Below the pieces are notes generated by a model. It was not told the origin of the DNA. It did no database searches and saw nothing but the letters and a program-made list of their open reading frames with translations. A stretch of 64,000 nt of DNA, taken from a virus. Its lineage: Duplodnaviria; Caudoviricetes. Positions 19,214 through 28,800 of the stretch are shown piece by piece. The stretch covers positions 4,634 to 68,633 of the IMG/VR virus record IMGVR_UViG_3300032233_001141. One strand, 5' to 3'. Numbering within the stretch: position 1 is the first letter of the stretch; each line of letters starts with the position of its first letter. Position numbers and translations under genes: made by a program.

Positions 19214-19645
19214 TTACTCTTCTGGTTTGGGGAATGATTGCTTTACAGTTTCAATCGCATTAATCCAAGAACCACCAATTAAATTTTCATTTTTTATATC
19301 ATGATACAACATATCTAATTGTTCTCCGATAGATGGGTATTCATCTTTGCGAAGATCTTTGTAAAGAACAGTTTGTTCGTAATTTTTATATGATGCTTCT
19401 GCAAATGCAAAACTATCATCTACATAATGCATTTGTTCTGGAGTTGCCAAATATCTTAAATTAACTCCATCACGAATTAAATCAATTTCAAATATGTTTC
19501 CTTTTACATAACAAGAATCAACCTCATTTAAATTTTCAGGCCATTCTAATGTGTTAGTAAATTCTCTACCATCAACAACAAAAGTATTGTCTCTTTTGAT
19601 ATAAAAATCGTATTTGTATCTAGGTTGTAAATCAGCTGGTCCCAT
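19214..19645 (-). CDS. Putative fibre assembly chaperone
   Basis: GGAGG RBS before the ATG at 19645; C-terminal YKDLRKDEYPSIGEQLDMLYHDIK...W..AI..VK..FPKP is shared with 20985..21308. Confidence 0.65.
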   Translation of the reverse strand: MGPADLQPRYKYDFYIKRDNTFVVDGREFTNTLEWPENLNEVDSCYVKGNIFEIDLIRDGVNLRYLATPEQMHYVDDSFAFAEASYKNYEQTVLYKDLRKDEYPSIGEQLDMLYHDIKNENLIGGSWINAIETVKQSFPKPEE

Positions 19646-19647
19646 AA

Positions 19648-20985
19648 TTACCTCCAAGTTTCTCCAGTGTATGCGTCGTGTGGAAAATTATTTGTATAAT
19701 AATCCGAAATCCTTTCGTAAGGATTATTTTGCTCTGCAGTTTCGGTATATGCTCCTCTGCAGTACATTGGATTTTCCGATCTGGTGTATAATCTAAGTCT
19801 TATTTGATATTGACCGCCATAATCTTGTCTAGCTACTTGTTGAACAATTTGTCTAGGAATATAACATCCTCTAGGAGATCCTCCATATAATCTATTTCGA
19901 TAACAATTTCCATATCTACCAATTTTATTTGGGGATAATCTCGTAGCAAATTGATTTAAATCATTATTTAAATCAAATAAAGTAACTCTGGGACTAGATC
20001 CATACCAACTACTTGCATGTTCTTGAAATACACAATAAACTCCATTAGTGATACTTGCAATAGGCAATCTAATTTCGCCATAATCTGTATTATTATTAAA
20101 TTGACACAACCCACCTTCATTCCAGTTAGATGTGTTCCATGTAAATCCAGCTCCACCATTCGAAGCCCAATGTAAATCTAATGGATTTAATGGACATACA
20201 CCATATGGATTGGGAGTTACTGAAATGCCAGATATCCATAAACGTCCAGAATCATTAGCTCCTCTGTGAACAGAAATATACAATTCGTTGTTGGCGTCTT
20301 TGTATTGTTCCACTTTATCTCTGGGAATACAAAAACCTAACCATTCGTGATATTGACAAACTTTTGCTGGTCCCTCTAATGGACCCAAATGGAACCAGTT
20401 TCCATTGCCTCCCTGACCTTCATTTCTTCTTCCTCCACATCTGTACTGCTGTACTCCAGCAGAGTTACAAATCCAAACATCAGGAGTCTGCCATCTATCA
20501 CCAGTAATTAATTCTAACCAAAACATATTGTGGACGTTTGGTGTAGCTGGAACTCTAAAATAAACATGGTTATTGGAAGATCCTGATGTATTATCACCAT
20601 CAACGCCAAACATCAATCTATAGTTCCATTGAGTGCTTGCGTAGGAACCAAAATCTGTTCCAGGTGATCCCCTAGTTAAAATTCGCCCAGAGAAAACTCT
20701 ATTCCAGTTTTCCCATTCTCCTTCCCAATGAATTGTTGGTTTTCCGAAAACTGCATTATCTCTTTGCATATCATCGGATTCAACCCATTCTCCAGATCCA
20801 TTAGCTCTGAGAATAGTTCTCCTTCCAGTAGTAGAAGCATCAACAAATTTTTTGGTTACTCCATTCGCTTGTACGGTAGATTGAAAATTCACATTCAATG
20901 GAACGTTTACACTGGAACTCGTGAGATCCATGGCGGTGGTGCCAGTGAGTGATTGAATTTGATCTACTCTAAGTATTCCAGGCAT
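19648..20985 (-). CDS. Putative receptor-binding / virion protein, Trp- and Asn-rich
   Basis: 445-aa ORF; N-terminal MPGILRVDQIQS resembles the starts of neighbouring accessory fibre genes. Confidence 0.65.
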   Translation of the reverse strand: MPGILRVDQIQSLTGTTAMDLTSSSVNVPLNVNFQSTVQANGVTKKFVDASTTGRRTILRANGSGEWVESDDMQRDNAVFGKPTIHWEGEWENWNRVFSGRILTRGSPGTDFGSYASTQWNYRLMFGVDGDNTSGSSNNHVYFRVPATPNVHNMFWLELITGDRWQTPDVWICNSAGVQQYRCGGRRNEGQGGNGNWFHLGPLEGPAKVCQYHEWLGFCIPRDKVEQYKDANNELYISVHRGANDSGRLWISGISVTPNPYGVCPLNPLDLHWASNGGAGFTWNTSNWNEGGLCQFNNNTDYGEIRLPIASITNGVYCVFQEHASSWYGSSPRVTLFDLNNDLNQFATRLSPNKIGRYGNCYRNRLYGGSPRGCYIPRQIVQQVARQDYGGQYQIRLRLYTRSENPMYCRGAYTETAEQNNPYERISDYYTNNFPHDAYTGETWR

Positions 20986-21308
20986 TATTGTTCACCTACT
21001 GTTGGTTTAGGAAATTTATTCTTAACATTATTTATCACCTGTCTCCATCCTTCATATCCTTGATGGTATAACACATCCAATTGATCTTCCATTGAAGGAT
21101 ATGCATTTTTTCGCATTCTTTGATATTCTAAATCATCGTATTTTTCTTGTAAACGTTGTTTTTCATTAATGATAGATTCCACACTTGGAATTAATGAAAC
21201 ATCGGTATTTAACCAATCAATCTGTTCTACTGAATCATCTTTAACAATAAATTGACATTGATTACATAGTGAACGAATTGCCTCGGAAGTTGAAATATTA
21301 TAATTCAT
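20985..21308 (-). CDS. Putative fibre assembly chaperone
   Basis: 107 aa; YQRMRKNAYPSMEDQLDVLY...VKNKFPKP. Confidence 0.65.
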   Translation of the reverse strand: MNYNISTSEAIRSLCNQCQFIVKDDSVEQIDWLNTDVSLIPSVESIINEKQRLQEKYDDLEYQRMRKNAYPSMEDQLDVLYHQGYEGWRQVINNVKNKFPKPTVGEQ

Positions 21309-21940
21309 GCGATAATCTCCATTGCAACTAAATTTGTAGTACTTGCCATATCAGAAGATCTATCGTTTATTCTTAGTGTGTTGATACCACCAGCCCAACT
21401 AGAACATGCAGCAGCTGCGTATGTGATTGGACTAGTTGTTCCAGCTAGATCTCTGTGTTGAATAAAAGAATTCCACATAAAACTATTTGGATCAGATTGA
21501 CCCCAGTAAATAGTTGATATAGCATTTGCTGAGTTAGTGTTATTTGATCCACCTATACGATTTCCATTTTTAAGAAATCCAAATGAAGACACATAAGTAG
21601 CACTATGATTAATCATTGACATCAATAGTATTTGACTAGTTGATCTTGTTGGTGTGATTGATACTTGCAATCCAAATGAAGCAATTTCTTGTGATGAAAT
21701 ATCATATCTTCCACCAACCAATTCCGCATAAACTACTTGAACTATTTGTCCAGTACTTCTTAATAGTGGTTGACCGCCACTATTTAGTAATGGCGTGGAT
21801 GATGATAATGTGATGCTCCCTGATGATAAACTAGAAGCAACAAAAGATCCTTCAATCGATAGAGTATGACCTGTCGGAATTCTTACGGTATTGCTAAAAG
21901 CCGCAATTCCTTGTATATCTCTAAGTGCTAATATACTCAT
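21305..21940 (-). CDS. Accessory fibre / adhesin-like protein
   Basis: 211 aa; first 17 aa identical to 22204..22824; GQIVQVV...ITPTRSTSQILL beta-domain. Confidence 0.7.
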   Translation of the reverse strand: MSILALRDIQGIAAFSNTVRIPTGHTLSIEGSFVASSLSSGSITLSSSTPLLNSGGQPLLRSTGQIVQVVYAELVGGRYDISSQEIASFGLQVSITPTRSTSQILLMSMINHSATYVSSFGFLKNGNRIGGSNNTNSANAISTIYWGQSDPNSFMWNSFIQHRDLAGTTSPITYAAAACSSWAGGINTLRINDRSSDMASTTNLVAMEIIA

Positions 21941-21956
21941 GTTACACTATACTCCA
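21890..21956. repeat. 67-bp direct repeat, copy 1 (copy 2 at 22774-22840)
   Basis: attgctaaaagccgcaattccttgtatatctctaagtgctaatatactcatgtta(c/t)actatactcca; one mismatch between copies. Confidence 0.95.
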
Positions 21957-22197
21957 CCGCCGCTCTTTCTTCTCTTTCTTTGCATGAAAGAATTTCAGCA
22001 GCAATTACAATATCTTCTTTAGTGCCAGAGATTGTTCCTCCTTCAGAAGTAATTCTTTCAACTTCTTGCAATACTATTTCCTCTATAGCAACTCTACATC
22101 TTTCGTATATAGCATTTTGAATCCATTCTTGTGGATCGTATGCGATATAGGAAAGTGCTTTATATTGTGCTTCAGTAAGTATAATTTTGTATTCCAT
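21937..22197 (-). CDS. Small acidic hypothetical protein (putative partner of the C1q protein)
   Basis: 86 aa; directly follows the C1q gene. Confidence 0.7.
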   Translation of the reverse strand: MEYKIILTEAQYKALSYIAYDPQEWIQNAIYERCRVAIEEIVLQEVERITSEGGTISGTKEDIVIAAEILSCKEREERAAVEYSVT

Positions 22198-22203
22198 AAT
22201 TTT

Positions 22204-22824
22204 TTAACCTAGTAAATATCCACAAAAATGCGAGTGTCCCATATAAATCACACCTCCAGATATATTTTGCCAGTCACCAACAGTAACATAATCATTGGCA
22301 TTTAATCTCCATATAACAGAAGCAGACCAACAGGTAGAAGTATTATATTGTGTTTGCATATTTTGATATGAACCACCATTAACTTTTATACTTAATCGGC
22401 CACCGCCACCATTATTAAATAAACTCACGGTAAATAAGTAAGTACCTGTAACAGGGCAAGTAAATCTACCACTTCCAGTATTAAAATGCCCTCCTACATT
22501 AAAAAAAGCATTATTGAATGGCAAATCTGATTGGTTTGTCAATGTAAAGTTTGCTTCCGATCCCCTAGCAGCAAACATAGGGTTGGCGGAGTTAGTTACT
22601 CTTCCCGAAGCATCAATTTGTAAAGCAGCTACTCCACTGGAATTTTGTATATTGGTTGCTCTTAAATTAGTAGCAGTTACAGTTGGGAAGCTTGCTGCAT
22701 TAGAAACATTCAACGTTCCTACAGTAGCGGTGCCAACAACATTTAAAGAATTTCCAGAAGGAATTCTAATTTCATTGCTAAAAGCCGCAATTCCTTGTAT
22801 ATCTCTAAGTGCTAATATACTCAT
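22204..22824 (-). CDS. C1q-like domain protein (putative adhesin)
   Basis: C-terminal PMFAAR...LPFNNAFFNVGGHFNTGSGRFTCPVTGTYLFTVSL...LNANDYV...HFCGYLLG matches the C1q/TNF-like pattern. Confidence 0.8.
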   Translation of the reverse strand: MSILALRDIQGIAAFSNEIRIPSGNSLNVVGTATVGTLNVSNAASFPTVTATNLRATNIQNSSGVAALQIDASGRVTNSANPMFAARGSEANFTLTNQSDLPFNNAFFNVGGHFNTGSGRFTCPVTGTYLFTVSLFNNGGGGRLSIKVNGGSYQNMQTQYNTSTCWSASVIWRLNANDYVTVGDWQNISGGVIYMGHSHFCGYLLG

Positions 22825-22840
22825 GTTATACTATACTCCA
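22774..22840. repeat. 67-bp direct repeat, copy 2
   Basis: Spans the end of the 2972-aa gene (WSIV-stop) and the first 17 codons of the C1q gene. Confidence 0.95.
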
Positions 22841-25800
22841 TGCGCCGCCATTGCTAATGGTGATTGTTACTCCATTATTTATCGTGATTGGTCCAGCGGT
22901 CATTGCATTTGTGTTTGCTGGTATGGTAATACTTTCAGAAATAGAATTTCTATTTGTTTTAAATATTCCATAACTATCTAACCATTGTCTATCACCATTA
23001 GCATATACCACAGATGGGTTTGCTCCAGATGTCAATGTTGTATTTTCAATATTGATACCTGTGTTGGAAACACCACCCACATGTAATGTATATGTGGGAT
23101 CTGCTCTATTGATACCAACTTTAGACAATCTATGAATATCTGTTCCGTTGGTTGATGCGGTCCATCTGGAAGCAACGAATGCTGCACCATTTTGATATAG
23201 GGTGCCGTCGAAGTTGACATTACCATTGATATCCAAAGCAAATGCTGCTATTGGTGAACCGTAAGTTGTGTTTGGTGTCTTGCGAACACCAACGGCACCA
23301 ACAATAGTTGTAGATGCTGGAGCAGCAAGAGTCTGTGACCCACTAACCACAAATGCTGGAGTTGTAAATGTTGCACCACCATCCGCAGTAGATGGGGTAA
23401 TTTCAAAACCATTATCAACAGAAATCTGATTACCAATACGGAAGTTTCTTCTAGTTGAAGATCCGAAGAAGAATAGTGGAGCACCTGAGTTATCATTAAG
23501 AGTATCAATTTCAAATCCAGTGGTTACTCTTGCCTTTCCTACAATATCTAAAGCATATCCAGACTGTGCCTCTTTTCCAATACCTACTTCTCCAGAAGTT
23601 AATATGGTTATTCTTCCAGAACCATTAGCAACAGTAAAGTTAGCATCAGTTGCTTGACCTGCACCAATGGCAAAAGTAGATGTTCCATTTAACATACCAA
23701 TAGACCATGGATAAACACCTTGATCGACTAAATTGATATATTGATTGTTTGTGGCGGTTCTAGTAATTCTTAGTAATCCATTATAACCATTATCTACAGT
23801 TCCATCGCTAACAGTTATCGCACCATTTCTTACATCTAATGCAGCTGTTGGGAGGAGGGTGAGTATACCAACACGATTGTTAGTAGCATCTACAAATAAT
23901 GTATTTGTATTAACTGTTAAGTTTCCTGTAAGTGTTGTATTACCAGTAACGCCAAGAGTTCCACCAACACTCAAGTTGCTGCTTACTCCACTGATGGTTA
24001 GCGAACCAGTCATGGTATCGCCTGTCTTCAATACGTTGAGAGAAGCAGCACCAGTCAAGCTAGCAGTAATTGTGCCAGCAGCAAAGTTGCCAGAAACATC
24101 GCGTAGAACAGCAGTGCTTACAACGTTAGTACTGTTGAATGTTACGTTACCAGCATTCCAGATAGCATTATTATTAATCGTTACATTATTCGCTGTTCCA
24201 GCAACAATGTTCAGAGAACCACTACCATCAGTAGAATTTCCTCCACTGGCAATCATTGCTATATTATAATTTGTTGCTGGAGAAGCACTGCTATTAAAAT
24301 AAATCGCTGGACTTGAAGCAGTATTATCTTTTCTTCCTAACCTAAGTCTAGCAGTACCAGCATCACTCAGTAAAGAAGCAGTTTCAATCGTTTGTGCTAT
24401 ATTTAAAGTATACTCTTGGAAAGGATATCTAACACTAGCAGTACCAATAGTTTGTGCTACGGCTGGAGCAGTGAAAGAACCAGAAATTAATACACCTGTT
24501 AGAATAGTATAATCTAATGTATCATCTGCATCATTATAGGTTTGAACATTAGTTAATGTAAGTGTTCCTTGAGCTTGAGAATTGACATCATATAGGTTAA
24601 CTTGTAAACCTGCCAGGAATGGACTTGTAGTTAAGACTAATCCAGATAGGTAAATATCATATACTGCACCAGCACCGCCAGTTGTATAAACTTTAATACC
24701 AGTATTAAAGTTTTTGGAACTCATGTAAGATGGTACTCTATTATCGCTAAGAGAACCGTAATTTATATTTCTAGCATCTTGATAAAAACGACCTTGGCGA
24801 TTATCTAACTTGTCTGCATCTAAATCTGTTCCTGGACCATCATTCAAGGAAGACCATACTTTGGCCCATGAACCATAACTAGCAACACCAGAACTCGAAC
24901 CACGAATCCACATGTTATTGTTATCGGTAAATGCTAGTTGTCTAACACCACCACCAGTAGAATCAGAACCACTACCAAAATTTCTTAAAGTTAGAACTAA
25001 ATGTTTTGTTCCGCCATCATCTAATCCATCGGAAGTATTATTTCTGGTATCAGATGTTATACCTTCAGCAGCAGCATTTGGGTTTGGAGAAGATGTTGGG
25101 TTATTGGTTGAAGTAATTAAACGCAACGTATTACCAGACTGACCTGAAATACCAATATTGTAACTTCCTGCTAAACGGTCAACTGATAATGTTCCAGCAT
25201 TTAGGTTACCAGCATTCAAGTAATACGCGCCCTGGGCACCATCAAGTAAGTCAGCATCTAATCCACTATCGGCACCAGTCTTGAGTGTTACTGAACCGTT
25301 ACCAGCAGCACCGATAGTGAATTGTGATTTTTGGAACCTAGCAACACCGACAGTTCCAAAAGCATCTGAACCAAGTGTTTGATCGGTTACTCGGAGAATA
25401 TCAATAGCGGTATTTGAATAATTTTTATTTGCCGTTGCAATTTTAGCGGCAAGAACAGCTCCAGAACCAGCACCTATTGATGTAGGCATTGGCGTAATAG
25501 TGAAATCGGAATTGTAACCCGATCCACCATTAGTTACAGTGACGGAAGTAATTGCATTACCAGCAACTGTGATATTTGCTTTTAATCCTGTTCCTGTTCC
25601 TCCAGACAATGTAACATCATAATATGTTCCATTAGTAAAACCAGACCCTGGGCTAGCAATAACAACTTTATCTATAAAATTGCCTATAGTGTAGGTAGAA
25701 TCTAATAATACTGGCGATGCTGGTCGTCTGAATTCAATAACTGTTCCTGCAGTTAAAGTTGCTGTTAGTGGAATACTAATAGTTACTGTTGATGTGCCAG

Positions 25801-28800
25801 ATGCAGTAACTATATTGCTAACAATAGTATTTGCTGCAATACCTGTAATTACAACTAATTCGTGATTTTTTAGAATATCAGCATTAGTTGTAAATAATAA
25901 TGTTTGAGAATTTTGATTAGCTGTTGCAGACAATCTTGCAAAATATCTGGTTTCAGTTCCTTTAATAGACTGCAATGCTGGAACGTAAGATTGATCTCCT
26001 CTTAAGAAAGTAAAGGAGTTTGCTTCCGAAGAATTATTTGCTAATCTAGTTGTAGCAATAACACCAGATGTAATATTATCTGCAGAAATTTGGTTGGATG
26101 ATAGTGATACCCAATTAGATGAAGTAAACGCAGATGTATTAACAACTCTACCGATATCAACTACAGTTGGAGTAGGTAAATTATTAGAACTGATTGTGTC
26201 GGTATCTAATATTTTTATATTATTTACTATAGTTCCATATAATCTACTTTCGATCAATACAGAAGCAGTTGCTGTTACACCGCTTCCACCAGGACTTGCA
26301 ATGTTGATAGATGGTTGAGTAGTATATCCTTTACCTCCAACAAATCCACCAAATGCAACTAGTGTTATAGTAACTACCTGACCATTTGCTATAGTTGCAG
26401 TAGCTGAAGCAGATACGGCGCCAGATTGTGGGTTTCCGCCACTTATAGTAACAGTTGGTGCAGTTGCATAACCGCTACCAGGAGTGAGTATATTGATTTT
26501 ATATACAACACCCTGTCTATATTCAGTTGCCTGAATTTGACCTCCTGATATAGATCCAGTAAAAATATTTCCGTTAGTAAATTGTAAATTGGTATCTACT
26601 GGGAATGCAACAAATAAACTAGTTAAATCATTATTTAAAATATACGATACTGAAGTATCAGATTGAATCGCAATATCACCAGCTAATGCACCTTCTAATG
26701 CTAATCTTGCTGCTGAGTTTGCAACAGTATATACACTGAATGGTCTAAGTGCAGGTATTTGATCAATTGAAATTTTACCAGAGTCTGTTAATTCTACAAG
26801 TGCTCTTGGAACAGCATTTGTAGAATATGGTTTGTTTAAATATGCACCAAGATTATTGGAAATGTAGTCCTTTACTGCTTTTTGAGTTGGAATTTTGCTG
26901 TCCGAAGAAAAACTTCCACCCAATGTATTAGAAGCATCAAATCCAGTAACAACAACATCGCCGCCTTTCAGTTTTAGGAACTCAACTTCAGAAATGGTAA
27001 CTGTACCAGTAAAGGTAATGTTACCAGTTCTGTTTTCAATACGTGCGAAGTAACCTACTTTGAAGTCACCAAGTTCATCTGTACCAGAGGTATATACACG
27101 ACCATAATTTTCGGAAACTTGTTCGTATGCTTCAATTTTTGTACCACCGTTTTCTGGTAGAGCATTGTAATCGGTTCCAGATCCAGAAAATTCCCAAGTG
27201 TGTCCCGAGGAGTTTACAATAGATGGTCTATGTAATTTAATTGTTTTGCCTACAAATTCTGCATTTGAATTTGCAACTACTAATCCTGTAGAAATTTTGG
27301 TAAAACTTGCTTCTTCGTTTAAGGTAATTGTTGCCGTAAATGGAGGACCAACAGTAACAGCACTTACTGCATCAACAAAGTATTCAATTAATTGATTAGT
27401 ATTTCTATAATCATTCCATTTGACAACATAATGCTCCAGAGGTCTTCTTCCTAATCCAGTTACAGTTAAAACCGTTTTTCCTGTAACCGAAGTAGTTACA
27501 TTAGTTATGGTGCCAATATCGAAAGAGTATGGATCTTGTCTAAATCCACGAGCTCTCAAAGCATAGATACCAAAGTTTGTAGCAGCGTTGGTGATAGAAA
27601 CATAACCACCAGAATCAGCGTATACACCATCAGCACAGAACAGTACGAAAACAGAAACTAACTGAGAATAACCATCATTGACTACTTTGTATCCAGTACC
27701 ACCAAATGAAACAATAGTGAACTGAGCGGCAACCATAGATTTACCCTGGTTAGGGTAAGATGCAGAACCATCTAATTCCAATCCTGGGAAAGGACAGTTT
27801 GGTTTGGATACCTTATCTCCATCGATTTCGCAACCGCCGCCACCTAAGAATGAGATAACAGAAGCGTTTTGAATGTATGGCGATGCCTCAATAATTGGAA
27901 GATCATTCCACAATCCTCTAGGAGTTATTCTCTCATCATTTGCATCATATAAAGTATTTTCTGGAACTGAAAGAATGCTATTAACATTAAATAATGTTCC
28001 GTATGTTTTTGTCGTAGCTCCTGGAATGACTGTTCCTGATAAAATAGTATCAAATAACGTTAGTTCAGTATCTATAGCACTAAAAATACCAGCACATTTT
28101 GAAGTATTTGTATCAGGAAGTATAGTAAGATCTATGAATAATGGAATTGTTGTTTCGTATACCCTAGTATAAGTTGCTCCATCTCCATTAGCACCTATCT
28201 TCCAATTACGCATTGCTAACTGCGCCAACTCTTTAACCTTGGTGTTAAATGCATAGCGAGTAGCGGCAAGCTCTCCAGCTGGAATACCTGTTAGTTGAGT
28301 TCCTGTGAAATATGCTTCAGCTGCTGTTACTATTCCAGCATTTCCTCCCAAAACAAGATCTCGGCAAAGATATGAAAGAACTGTGCGAATATCTCGCTTA
28401 CACTTTCTTTCTTGATCTGTGGTTAATCCTAATGCTGGATATAAATTTTTTGTAAATCCTAATGCTTCTGAAGCAATAAAGTCTGCATTACGTTGAATCA
28501 AATACGCAGCATCCATCTGTGTACCAGTACTTGAGCTACCAGCACCAGACGATCCATTAGTGATAATTGTATTGAAAATATATGCAAGGTTGTTGATAGA
28601 ATTTCTTACATTAGAACAAGCAGAATTTGCAGTGTCTTGAGTTACGGTACTATCAAAATATCTTGCTATAGCAGAATAAACTGGCGTGTATAATGCATCG
28701 GCAATTCTGCCGCCATAAACTTCAGTTACAGTGATGTATAAATCATTTGCTGTGCTAGTACCACCTAAAGAAGTTCCAAGAATTCTCATTCTGTCGCCAA

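Noticed and set aside
11563-22840. Diversity-generating retroelement acting on the adhesins
   Set aside because: No reverse transcriptase is in the window, and no 100-bp-scale template/variable repeat pair with adenine-specific mismatches was seen. The repeats found are short and identical or differ by one base.
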